A DNA stretch of 64,000 bases from Lama guanicoe (taxonomy: Eukaryota). Numbering within the stretch: position 1 is the stretch's first letter; every line of letters starts with the position of its first letter. The stretch covers positions 137,319 to 201,318 of the forward strand of contig MU054166.1 of assembly GCA_013239625.1 (NCBI GenBank), given 5' to 3'. Shown one piece after another: positions 12,722 through 25,899 of the stretch. Both the position numbers and the translations under genes were made by a program. The notes under the pieces were generated by a model. That model saw nothing but the letters and a program-made list of their open reading frames with translations. It did no database searches and was not told where the DNA came from.

Positions 12722-15539
12722 AAAAGCAAAAAGATTAAACCTCATCCTTTAAAAAAATAAAATAAAACAAGGTCAATGATGAAATCAAAGAGGTAATAAA
12801 ATCATACCTGGAGACAAATTACAATGAAAACACAGCTTCATCAAATGTATGGGATGCAGCAAAGGCAAATCTAAGAGGGAAGTTTAGAACAATTGAGGCC
12901 TTCCACAAGGAAAAATAAACCCTCACCCAAAGGATAAACTTACCACCCAAAATTACTAGATATAAAAACAAACAAAACACAAAGGCATTAGAATGAGAAA
13001 TCTTTAATTACTAGGTTGAATATAAATAAAATAAAAATTAACAATAAATTAAAATTCATAAAATCAACAGCTATTTTTCTTTAAAATATTAACAAATTGA
13101 TAAGCATTTAGCCAGGCTTCTCAAGAAATAAAGACTCGACCAAAACAAAATAATAAATGAAATATTAGAAATAATTTCTGAGAGTACAGTAATGCAAAGA
13201 TTATGAAAGCACTCTGAGCAGTTACATGACAACCAACTGGACGACCTTAAAGAAATGGACAAATTTCTTGAAATGTACAGCTTGCCAACACTGAATAAAA
13301 TGAAAACTGAAAACTTGAAAAGAGCAATCAGTTTAATTTAAAAAAAATCTATAGTTTTATAAACACCCCTTGAACAAAATGCCTGGATGCCTTCACTAAA
13401 ACCTCTTTCCTCTCAACTATTTAAAAAAATGTATTAGGAAGAAAAATTCCCAAAGTTATTCTATGATGCCTCCAATACCATGATAACAGAAACAGAAAAA
13501 GACACTACCAAAAAAAGAAATGAAAATGTAAAGCCAATATCCTTGAATATACATTTAAAAATCCTCAACAAAACATCAACAAATTAATCCAGCAATACAT
13601 AGAAAGGATTATACATGATGATAAGTTGGATTCCTTCCAGAGTCACAGGGATGGTTCAACATACACAAGTAAATCAGTATGACACATATTTAATACAGGA
13701 AGTACAAAATTCACAGGACCATGTCAATACTCACAGAAAAAGCTAGACAAAATTCAAGATACATTCATGATCAGAACTCTCATGAAAGAGAGTATAATGG
13801 AAACATCCCTCAGCATACTATATGCCATTTATAACAATTTATACTACTTAGAGGAAAAGCTGAAAGCCTTCTGAGTAAATTCGGGAACAAGACAAGGATT
13901 CCTACTCTCAGCACTTCTGTTCCATAGTAAAAGAAGAAAGGAAAAGGAAAGATAAAGAAGAAAAAGAAAGGCAAAATGGAAAGAAACGGGCAAAATTGGC
14001 ACCAGTACTGATGACATAACTATCTACATAGAGTCCTTAGGGCTCCACACAGACTTATATCAACAATAAATAATTTCAATGAGGGAGCAGGGTACAATAT
14101 TAATGTAAAGTTGTCTCTTGCATTTCTACACGTTAATCATGAGATACCCTAAAATGGACGATGAAAGCAATACTATTTAAAATCTCATTCCCCCGAATAC
14201 CTTGGAATAAATATAACCACATATACGAAAGATCTAAACACTGAAAATTAAAAAACATTGACAAAGAAATTAAAAATGTTTCAAAAAAATGGAATGATGT
14301 TTTGTGCTCTTGGATTGAAGGAGTTAATATTGTTAACGTGGCCGAACAACACAAAGAAACCTACAGATTTAATGCAATTCCTGTTACGAATCTGTAGTAT
14401 TTCCCCCAGAAACAGAAAATAAATAACTCTGTTTTAAATGAAACCATTAAATATTGTGAAAATGATCTTGAGGAAAAACAACAAATCTTTAGGTATATAT
14501 CTCCCGGAGTCCTTTCTATGCTACAAAGCTACAGTAATAAAAACAGCATGGCATTGGCACAGAGATATAATCAATAAAATCAGATAGCCTAGAAATTATT
14601 CCACACACCTATGAGCAATATATCAATGATAAAAGATGCAAGACTACACAATGGAGAAAAGACAGTCTTGTAAATGGATGGTGTTTGTAAAGCTGGACAT
14701 CTAAATGTAAAACAGTGAAATGAGCGCATTCACTGACATCATATAAAAAAATAAACTCCAAGTTTATTAAGGACCTAAATGTAAGACCTTATTCTATAAA
14801 ACTGCTAGAAGTGTATATAGAGTATACACTGTTGGATATATATCATAGGAATAATTTCTTATATTAATCTCCTAAGGCAAAAGAAATAAAAGCAAAAATA
14901 AGCAAGTGAGACCTAAATAAACTTGAAAACTTCTGCACAGCTAAGGACACTTTGAATGAAATGAAAACACTACCTGTGTAATTGGAGAAAATATTTGCAA
15001 ATAATGCAAGTGACCAGGGGATAATAGATGTAAGTTAATAGATGTAACATGGATTTAGGTTACACAACTCAATGTGAAAAGTAAAAACCCAATCAAAAAA
15101 AGAGCAGAGTACCTGAGTTAATATTTTTCCAAAGAAAACATACAGATGAGTAACAGGCAAGTGATAAAAATTCTCAACATTACTAATTATTAGTTAATAG
15201 CAGTTCAAAACAACAATGAGGTATCACTTCACACTGGTCAAATGGCTATTATCAAAACTCTACAAATAGAAACTGTTGGAGATGATGTGGAGGAAACAAA
15301 TCTCTTGCATACTCTTGGTAGGAATGTAAATTGGTACAATTTCTATGGAAAACAGTATTCAGATTTTTAAATCCTAAAACAGAACTACCATATGAAACAG
15401 TAACACCTCTCCTAGGAAAAATCTGGGGAAGAAACCCTAAATTGAGAAGAACCAATGTTCACAACAGCACTGTTTATAACATGCAATACAGGGAAGCAAT
15501 CCAAAAGTCCACAGTAGACTATGGACTTAGGAAGATATG

Positions 15540-17325
15540 GAGAAGAGACAAGATGGCGGAGTAGAAGGGCGCTTGTAAGTCACCCTCTCCCACAAATACA
15601 CCAAGACCCACATCTACAGACTCACTCAGAACCCACTCAGCAGGGCTCCTGCGGAACTCCGACAGAACATCACCATCTTCAAAAGATAAAGACGCCAAAA
15701 ATCTGGTAGGAGAAAAGGAAAAAAGAAATAACAAAAGGCAAAGCAGCACGGGACGGTTCCCGTGGGGAGGGAGCGGCAAAGGAGGACTGGCGCTCGCTCG
15801 CTGGGTCTCCCCTCTCCAACTGAGGGGCCAGCGGGACGTAGGGGGAGCCTCCAAGGCTCGGATCTGTACAGATCAGCCCTTGTCTGAAAGAACTAGGTTA
15901 AACGGGCACAGAGCTTCCCCCGGACACCCAGCCTGAGACGCGGGCCGGCAGCGGCGGGCAGGGTCAGGCTGCACAAGCCGGGCGGAGGACGGTGGCGGCT
16001 GCATGGAGGCAGCCCTGGGGGACTGCAAGGGGCTGGGCGCCGTGGCTGTGGGTGTACAGGACAGAGCAACCTGGGCCCTCCATAAAACAGCAAGGTTGAT
16101 GTGCTCTCGGGGGAAGGGTGCATACCCCCATCTCTGAAAACCCGTGGAAAATTTTCAGGGGAAGAGAGGCGGGGCCCAGGCACAGCCGCCATATTCTCCG
16201 GTGCTTAGCACCCAGGCAGGGGCAGAGGCGAAACCTGCATCTGCACCGAAGTGTTTAGCAGCCTCAAGTGCCAGTCTGAGACGGGGGTACAGCCCAGGGC
16301 AGATAGGATACTTCCATCCTGGTCCCTCAGAGAACTTGCTACATAAAGACAAACAAGGAGCTGAGTCTTGGCTTGGAGCAGGGACGAGGCTGCCCCTCGG
16401 TCTTCCCTGAGCCCACCCGTGGAGCGCGACCAGGGCGGAGCGCCGGCCAGGGCCAGCCAGGGCGGAGCGCTGGCCAGGGCGGAGCAGGCAACCGCACAGA
16501 GCAGTGGAGCTACCGGCGGTGCAGGCAGAGGGAGAGCGGCCCCCAACCTGTTGGGCAGGAACACAGCCTCTGACCGAGGTGCTGGAAGGGGGCACGTCCC
16601 GCCCTCCTGCCTGGCCAGACTGCAATATCTGACTGCGGCATCCAGAGGGGCAGTGACCCGCCCGCCCACAGCAGAAGAGATCTGCATCTGACCCCGTGTT
16701 AGGAGGAGGCGCGATCAGCTTGCCAACAGGTGCTAGGAACAACACAGAAGAGGGCGTCAACGGAGGGCCTATGAAAACAAGCTGACCTTCCAAAACAGGA
16801 CGAAGACAGAAGGACTTCACATTAAAAGCACACAGACTCCAGGAGAACACCAACAACACCATTTTTTTTGTATTGTTTTTTGTTTTTGTTTTGTTTTTTT
16901 GTCTGTTTTGTTTTTAAATCTGTTTTTACCTGTTCTATTTTCAATTACTCTGTTAATTTTTAGTTCTTAATTCATTTCTATTTCTCGTGGGTTTTGATGT
17001 CCTGTTATTGAATATACACAGGCTTCAAATACATCTATTCATCTCCCCACCCCTTTTTTCTTTTCTTCTTCTTTTTTTTAAAGGTTTTAAAAGGACGTCT
17101 CAACCCGATTAATACTCTGCTACAACTCGCTTTTCTATTATTCATTATACACGGTTTTCAAAACCATTCTCCCTTCTTTTAAAAATCTTTCTCTCTCTCA
17201 TTTTTTTCTTTTTTTCTCTTTCTTTTTTTCCCTAAATTCTATTCCTAAATAGGCATTAGATAGATAAAATCCTTAAGATCCAAAATAGACAACTGATACT
17301 CCATAAACCACAGTGCCAGAGAGGT
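15540..17325 (+). promoter_or_regulatory. L1 5' UTR internal promoter, CpG-rich, with YY1-type motif
   Basis: AAGATGGCGG at 15550-15559; CpG-dense ~15760-16780; short CCAGGGCGGAGC repeats at ~16430-16487. Confidence 0.85.
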
Positions 17326-18229
17326 ATGAGTAAGACGAAGAAGCAGAGAAGCCTTTCCCAATTAAAGGAACAAGAGGAATCCCCTGAAAGAAAGATCAAT
17401 GAATTAGACATTGATAGCCTACTAGATCAAGATTTCAAAAAAGGAGTGATCAAATTGCTGAAGGAATTAAAAGAGATAGTGCTTAGAGATATAAAATATG
17501 TCAAAAATGAAATTGAAGCAATAAAGAAGAGCCAAGCAGAATGGGTAAACTCATTGACAGAGATGAGGAATGATCTAATAGCTGTGCAAAGCCGACTAGT
17601 TAATGCAGAGGAACGAATTAGTGATGTATAAGACAGGGCAATACAAAGCACCCATTCAAAAGAAGTACAAGATAAGCAAATAAAGAATAATTATAATAGA
17701 ATAAGGGACCTATGGGATAATATAAAGCATCCCAATCTTCGCATAATAGAGGTCACAGAAGCGGAAGAAAGATCAAAGGGGAGTGAAAAGGTTTTTGAAG
17801 AAATCATGACTGAAAACTTCCCAAACTTAAAGAAGGAATCAGATATCCAAGTACAGGAAGCTCAGAGGGTCCCAAACAGGAAGAATCCAAATAGACCCAC
17901 ACCAAGACATATCATAATCAAGATGGCCAGAGTCAAGGATAAAGAAATGATTCTAAAGGCAGCAAGAAGAAAGCAAAGAGTGAATTACAAGGGAACCCCC
18001 ATAAGGCTCTCAGCTGATTTCTCTACACAAACACTACAGACCAGAAGGGAGTGGCAAGATATATTCAAAGCCCTGAATGAAAAAAAGATGCAGCCTAGGA
18101 TACTTTATCCAGCAAGGCTATCCTTTAGGATAGAAGGAGAAATACAGAGTTTCACAGACAAAAAAAATGCTGCAGGAGTTTGGCAACACTAAAACCAAGC
18201 TAAAAGAAATATTGAAAGGGCTATTCTAA
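17326..18229 (+). pseudogene. L1 ORF1p, disrupted
   Basis: ENFPNL, TPRHIIIKM, YKGTPIRLSADFS and ILYPARLSF motifs; premature TAA at 17629-17631; frameshift in the A run at ~18160; ancestral stop at 18227-18229. Confidence 0.95.
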
Positions 18230-18625
18230 ATAGAAAAGCAGCAGGATGCTTCAGAAATGAGAAACTCACAACTGGAAAGGTGATGACCCATGAATTACAA
18301 ATAAAGAAACACAAAATTATAGAAGAAGACATACAAATCACTGAGAGTGGGAAAGGGTGGCAGGGAAATATAGAATTTTTTTTCTTTCTTTTTAAAATTA
18401 TTTTAACATTAGGATGGGTTTGAGATCATGTTATTATCAGTTTAATAAAAACAGTTATAGGTTAATAGATTTACAAAAAAGGGTAACCACAAGTCAAAAA
18501 TTTACAAGGGAGTCACAAAAATTAAATAAAATCCATGATAATACAAAGGAAAATTACCAAACCACAAAAGGAAGAAGAAAGGAACAAAGAGGATATACCA
18601 ATTCAACTGCAAAGATAAGTTCAAA

Positions 18626-21600
18626 ATGGCAATAAACACACATCTATCATTAATTACTGTAAATGTTAATGGACTAAATGCTCCAGTCAAAAGACATAGA
18701 GTGGCAGACTGGATAATAAAGCAAGAACCTTCAATATGCTGCATACAAGAGACCCACTTTAGGGAGAAGGACACATATAGATTGAGAGTGAAAGGATGGA
18801 AAAGGATATTCCATGCAAATGGAAAAGCCAAAAAAGCAGGTGTTGCAGTACTGATTTCAGACAAAATAGACTTTAAAACAAAGGCCATAAAGAAAGATAA
18901 AGAAGGACATTTTATAATGATTAAAGGAGTGATACAAGATGAAGATATTACACTCGTTAATATATATGCACCCAATATAGGAGCACCTAAGTACATACAA
19001 GAATTACTAACAGAGATAAAGGGGGATATTGATGGGAATACAATCATAGTTGGAGATTTTAACACTGCATTAACATCACTAGACAGATCTTCCAGACAGA
19101 AAATAAACAAGGCAACAGAGAAATTAAATACTACAATAGAAAAACTAGATTTGGTGGATATTTTCAGAGCATTACACCCCCAAAAAATAGAATATATATT
19201 CTTTTCAAGTGCACATGGAACATTTTCCAGGATCGATCATGTACTTGGACACAAAAGAAACCTCAACAAATTTAAGAAGATAGAAATTATCTCAAGCATC
19301 TTTACTGACCACAATGCCATGAAACTGGAAATCAACAACAGAGAAACAAAGGAGAAAAAAAGAAAAGCATGGAGATTAAACAATATGTTATTGAAAAAAC
19401 AATGGATCAATGAGGAAATCAAAGCTGAAATTAAAAAATACCTTGAGACAAATGATAATGAAAGCACAACCACTCAAAACCTATGGGACACAGCAAAGGC
19501 AGTGCTAAGAGGGAAGTTTATAGCGATACAGGCCTTCCTCAAAAAAGAAGAACAATCTCAAATAAACAAGTTAACCCACCACCTAAATCAATTAGAAAAA
19601 GAAGAACAAAAAGCCCCAAAAAGCAGCAGAAGGAAGGAAATAATAAAGATCAGAGAGGAATTAAATACAATAGAGATTAATAAGACCATAGAAAAAAATC
19701 AACCAAACCAAAAGCTGGTTTTTTGAAAAAGTAAATAAAATCGACAAACCTCTGGCCAAACTCACAAAGAAGAAAAAAGAGAGAGCACAAATTATCAAAA
19801 TAAGAAAGGAAAATGGAAAAATTACAACAAACAAAATAGAAATAAAGAATATCATACGAGAATATTATGAAAAACTATATGGAATCAAACTGGATAACCT
19901 TGAGGAGATGGACAAGTTTCTGGAAACATACTGTCCACCAAAACTGAATCAAGAAGAAACTGAACACTTGAACAATCCAATCACTAGAAAGGAAATAGAA
20001 ACAGCAATTAAAAACCTCCCTACAAATAAAAGTCCAGGACCGGATGGCTTCACCAGGGAATTATACCAAACATACAAAGAAGAACTCATACCAGTCCTTC
20101 TCAAACTCTTCCAGATGATTGAAAAGGAGAGAAAACTCCCAAACTCATTCTATGAAGCCACCATCACCCTGACACCAAAACTAGGCAAAGACACCAAAAA
20201 AAACAGAGAATTATAGGCCAATATCACTGATGATCATGGACGCCAAAATCTTCACCAAAATTTTAGCAAATAGAATCCAACAACACATAAAAAAGATTAT
20301 ACATCATGACCAAGTGGGGCTCATACCAGGGACACAACGCTGGTTCAACATACACAAATCAATCAATGTAATACATTGCATCAACAAGAGAAAGGACAAA
20401 AACAACATGATCATCCCAATCGATGCAGAAAAAGCATTTGATAAAATTCAACTCCCGTTTATGATAAAATAAACCTCGCCAAAGTGGGTATAGAGGGAAC
20501 ATATCTCAACATAATAAAAGCTATATATGACAAACCTACAGCCAGCATAGCTCTCAATGGTGAAAATCTCAAAAGCTTCCCACTAAAATCTGGGACAAGA
20601 CAATGATGCCCACTATTACCACTCCTATTCAACATATTCCTGGAAGTCCTAACCACAGCAATCAGGCAAGAGAAAGAAATAAAAGGGATCTAAATTGGAA
20701 AAGAAGAGGTAAAAGTGTCATTATATGCTGACGACATGTTACTATATATAGAAAACCCTAAAAGGTCCACACAAAAGCTACTGGAGCTGATTGAAGAATT
20801 CAGCAAGGTAGCAGGTTACAAAATTAATGTTCAAAAATCAGTTGCCTTTCTTTACACTAATGATAAATCAACAGAAAAAGAAAGTAAAGAAACAATCCCC
20901 TCTAACTAGGAATAAATCTAACCAAGGAAGTGAAAGAATTATACACAGAAAATTATAAACCATTGATGAAGGAAATTAAAGAAGACTTTAAAAAATGGAA
21001 AGATTTTCCATGCTCTTGGATTGGAAGAATCAATATTGATAAAATGGTCACACTGCCCAAGGCAATCTACAGATTTAATGCAATCCCTATCCAATTACCC
21101 AGGACATATTACACAGAACTAGAACAAATCATATTAAAATTTATATGGAACCATCAAAGACCTAGAATTGCTAAAGCATTACTGAAGAGAAAGAAAGAGG
21201 CTGGAGGAATAACTCTCCCAGGCTTCAGAAAATACTATAGAGCTACAGTCATCAAGAAAGCATGGTATTGGTACCAAAACAGACATGTGGACCAATGGAA
21301 CCGAATAGACAGCCCAGAAATGAACCCACAAACCTTTTGTCAACTAATCTTCGACAAAGGAGGCAAGAATATGCAATGGAATAAAGACAGTCTCTTCAGC
21401 AAATGGTGTTGGGAAAACTGGACAGCAGCATGTAAAACAGTGAAGCTAGAACACACCCTTACACCATATACAAAAATCAACTCAAAATGGATTAAAGTCT
21501 TAAACATAAGACAAGATACTATAAACCTCCTAGAAGATAACATAGGGAAAACATTTTCTGACATATATTTCAAAAATTTTCTCCTAGAAGAAATAAAAGC

Positions 21601-22400
21601 AAGAATAAACAAATGAGACCTAATGAAACTTACAAGCTCCTGCAGAGCATAGGAATCCAGAAATAAACAAGAAGAAAACCTATGGAATGGGAGAAAATTT
21701 TTGCAAGTGAAACCGACAAAGGCTTGATCTCCAAAATATATAAGCAGCTCATATGACTCAATAAGAAAAAATAAACAAACCAATCCAAAAATGGGCAGAA
21801 GACTTAAACAAGCAATTCTCCAAGGAAGACATACAAATGATCAAAAAGCACTAGAAAAAATGTTGAATATCACTAATTATCAGAGAAATGCAAATCAAAA
21901 CTACAATGAGGTATCACCTCAGACCAGTCAGAATGGCCGTCATTCAAAAATCCAAAAATGACAAATGCTGGAGAGGCTGTGGAGAAAGGGGAACCCTCCT
22001 ACACTGCTGGTGGGAATGCAGTTTGGTGCAGCCACTAGGGAAAACAGTGTGGAGATTCCTCAAAAGACTAGGAATAGACTTACCATATGACCCAGGAATC
22101 CCACTCCTGGGCTTGTATCCAGAAGGAAATCTACTTCAAGATGACACCTGCACTCCAATGTTCATAGCAGCACTATTTACAGTAGCCAAAACATGGAAAC
22201 AGCCTAAATGTCCATCAACAGGTGACTGGATAAAGAAGATGTGGCATATTTATACAATGGAATACTACTCAGCCATAAAAACCGACAACATAACGCCATT
22301 TGCAGCAACATGGATGCTCCTAGAGAATGTCATTCTAAGTGAAGTAAGCCAGAAAGAGAAAGAAAAATACCATATGAGATCACTCATATGTGGAATCTAA
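18626..22400 (+). pseudogene. L1 ORF2p (endonuclease / reverse transcriptase), disrupted
   Basis: NVNGLN, IQETH, GDFN and TDHN (EN domain, open for 366 codons); SPGPDGF and YADDM (RT); HCWWEC. Several stops and frameshifts after ~19700. Confidence 0.97.
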
Positions 22401-22679
22401 AGACTCATGGACAGAGAATACAGACTTGTGGTTACCAGGGGTGTAGAGGGTGGGAAGTGATAGACTAGGATTTCAAAATTGTAAAATAGATAAACAAGAT
22501 TACACTGTATAACACAGGGAAATAGACACAAAAATGTTATAATAGATCACAGAGAAAAAAATGTGACATTGAGTGTGTATATGTCCATGAATGACTGAAA
22601 AATTGTACTGAACACTGGAATTTGACACAATATTGTAAAAAGCTTGTAAATAAATAAAAAATATTAAAAAGAAAAGAAA

Positions 22680-23051
22680 TGAGTGAACTTCAGCAGCACA
22701 ATCCATTGATGAATTTTTTCAAAATGTATTTGACTGAAAGAATACAAGACACAAATCACAGCACGGGATCTAATTCTATTTATATGAATTTCAAGAACAG
22801 TAAAATCAATTTGTACTGTCTTAGTGTATATTCACAGGTGGTAAAATTATAAAGAATTGCAGAGAAGTGATGATTATAACAGTTAAGATAGTGGTTACAT
22901 CTTGTGGAGAAAATCCTGTCTTTATTTAAAAATTTGATACTTTGTTCATCATGGATTCTTTTGCATTAACTTTTGTTTTTTTAAAATATTGCAATAAAAG
23001 CTTTCATTGAAATATTAAAAAACTAAACATATCAAAACACACACACAAAAA
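22680..23051 (+). other. Probable L1 3'-transduced segment with second A-rich tail
   Basis: Lies between the L1 tail and the right TSD; AATAAA at 22993-22998; A-rich tail at 23017-23051; absent from unit B. Confidence 0.8.
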
Positions 23052-23254
23052 AATAAAATATGATATTTCTATAAATATGCAATGGAATATTACTCAGCCA
23101 TGAAAAAGCATACCACATGGCTATTTCAGCATCATGAATGGACCTAGTAAATATTGTGCTTAGTGAAGTAACTTAGACAAAGACAAAAGTATATAATATA
23201 ATTTTTATGTGGAATCTAAAGAATAACATATATCTGTGTACATCTATCTACAGT

Positions 23255-23400
23255 TATCTATTGATAGATGAGAGATAAGTAGATACATAGAAGGATAGAT
23301 ACATAGACATATGATAGATAGGTAGATAGATAGATAGGTAGATAGATAGATAGATAGATTGATTGATAGAGACATGGTAGAGAGATAGAGAGATTAGATA
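23255..23400. repeat. Imperfect (GATA)n microsatellite
   Basis: Direct reading; paralogue at 47655-47750. Confidence 0.9.
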
Positions 23401-23719
23401 GGCAAGACTGAAACAGGCTGAAAGATAATGGAAAAAATTTATGTTTACCAAAGTGGAACGGAAAGACAATTTAAAGGTAGGACACTGATAGATTAAAAGT
23501 AGTATACATAATGGAGATAAGCAACAAGGTTAATCTGTATATACCAGGGAATTACACAAAATAACTTATAATAATTGTATGTTAAAAATTATTGAAATAA
23601 TTTATAACACAACATAATCTAAAAAGTGGTTGGGATCACTATGCTGTACATCTGAAACTACACAATATGGTATATCTACTGTACTTCAATTAAAAATAAA
23701 ACATCTCATATATAATTTA

Positions 23720-25760
23720 GTCCTTTTTCCACTGATAGCATCTTCCTTTAATATTGTTTTATTTTTACTCTTTACCTTTTATGATTACTGACTCAAATTT
23801 TTACTATTTTTTTGTGAACATGTTACCAGATTGATGTACCTATATTTATTGCAACTGAATTACTATTTTTCTCTCTTTAATTCATATAGAATAGTAGCAT
23901 TTAAAAACATACCCAAAGAAACAGTTGCAACATTCTCGTGGTCTCTGCTTAGAATTTAGTTCAAAGTTTTGCATATATTTGCCATTTTATTTTTCTTAGA
24001 ATAGCTCTTTTCTGAACCTCTTGTAAGGTGTCTCGGTTTTGTTTTTCACAACTCACTCAGGTTTGTTTGTCTGGTAGTCTTTATTTTCACTTTACACCTA
24101 AGTGATAACTGTGCAAGGTGTAGTATTCTTGGGTGAGAGATTTCTTATTTCAGTAGTTTGAAAATGTCATTTTAATTACCCTTGGCATATGTTTTTGCTC
24201 AGTAATCTGCTGATAGCCTAATGGGGGTTCCTATGTAGATTAACATAACTTTTATTGACTGCCTTTAAAACTTTACTCTGTTATTGACTTGCCAATTTGC
24301 ATATGACATATCTTGAAGAAGGTCTCATTGTCTTAAAGTTATTGGTGTTTTGTTGGCTCACGGAATTTTATGTCAGTTCCTTACCCAGGTCAGGAACTTA
24401 TCAACTATTACAACTTTAAATAAACCATCAGCTGCCTTCTAACATTCTTCTCCCTCCAGGATTTCACCCTAATGTACACTTCCTCAAGAAGTCTGATGGC
24501 TATTTTAGAATTTCCTCACTTTTTAATATCTTGAATCTCTCCCCTCTCCTATCATTTCTGGTTGTTTATTGGTGAGTTTGCTAATCTCTCTTCCACAAGA
24601 CAGTCTTCTTCCAATGCTTTCTGTTGCATTCTTCATATCATTTATTAAGTTCAGCTGGTCCTCCAATAATGTTTGGTTGTTTCATAGTTTCAGACTCTTA
24701 GGTTATGTATACCTTATCATCATTTATTTTATTCCTGAGCTCATTAAACTGATTTCTGACTTTTTTTTGTATTGAGTTTCTGTATGACATCTCTTTGGAT
24801 TCTCTATTAGTTATACAGCAATATTCCATGACTTTAAGTTTGTTTGCTGCAGGGTTGATATTGTGTGTGTGTGCGTGTGCGTGTGTGTTTGCCTGTGCGT
24901 GTGTGTCTGTGTCCGTGTCGGAGTCTGTGTGTGTTTATCTGTGTGTGTGCATGGCCTATAATGTTACTGTGACTGGTCATGATCCTGGTAAATTATTGCT
25001 GTGATGACACTAAAAAACATATTGGGATTTGGAGTCCTTGCTTTTGTTTTCTGGTAGTTTGCAATATTGCACAATTTTTGGTTTTACTTATCTGAGCTAC
25101 ATCTGATAATATTTCAAAATGGCACATTCCAGTAGCTACTGTCTGGATAAAAGATTGCTTACATTGCCACTTCTTTGACAAATCTGGTAGTTAATGCCAC
25201 TGTTGTCACTGGGCCTGTGAACCCTTCCTTTTATCTGATATCCCTTAAGACTCAGTGCACACATTGAGGAAAGTTGTGAAGACATGTGGGTAGTCGGAAT
25301 TAGGCAAGTGCCTTTCCCATGTCCAATGTTGCAAGGTACCTTGTCTCCATCACTGTGAATGGGGAGTAGGGACAATGTCATGAATGTCTGAGTGTCAAAA
25401 GGATGGAAATTCTGTATGCCTTGTGGCTCCCTCGTAGTTATCTGTGACCATGAGTACTGGTGCAGTTGGAGGCTGAAGCAGTGTGAACCACTGAGACCCT
25501 GTTTCTACTGGGTACTCTGAAAATGTGGGCTCAGTTAACCTTGTCAGTGGGCCATGGTCGCAGGCACCAATTCTTCTCTTCCCTCAGTTCAGCCATCATT
25601 ATGTGTTTTAGCCCACCAAAGGTCAGCTGTACACATGTGTTCTGGAGTATTGTTTTGTGTTGTAGTTATTTTTGTTGATATGTGATCATTTCACTGATTG
25701 TAGATTTAAGGGGAGAGACAGAAATAGTTTAAACTTAAGTAACTTTTTTCAAAGCCTAAC
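23720..25760 (-). mobile_element. Old L1 5' part (ORF1 / 5' UTR remnant)
   Basis: Antisense ORF1-like sequence (aatctgctgatagcctaatgggggttcc). Boundaries are approximate. Confidence 0.65.
24862..24950. repeat. Imperfect (TG)n microsatellite
   Basis: Direct reading. Confidence 0.9.
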
Positions 25761-25899
25761 TTTTTCATTTGAAAGCTTCAATTCTAATAAGGACACTATA
25801 AGAACAGTAAAGAAAGTGAACAAATCACCTCCCTTAATATCAGAGTCCTACAAAATATTTTGATTTTCCTGGGTTATTTTCTTCAATGTTTTTCCCACA

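Larger units (their letters stand above)
15540..22679 (+). mobile_element. Full-length, relatively young but inactivated L1 (camelid-type)
   Basis: GC-rich 5' UTR, ORF1, inter-ORF spacer, ORF2, 3' UTR and A-rich tail; absent from unit B at 47447-47457. Confidence 0.97.
12140..23700 (+). mobile_element. Old 5'-truncated L1 (12140-15539 and 23052-23700), host of the younger L1 insertion
   Basis: Degraded ORF2 from the EN domain to the C-terminus resumes after 23062; the paralogue at 44030-48075 is uninterrupted. Confidence 0.9.

Noticed and set aside
15540..22679. Retrotransposition-competent L1
   Set aside because: ORF1 has a stop and a frameshift, and ORF2 is broken repeatedly after ~19700. 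Only the EN domain remains open.
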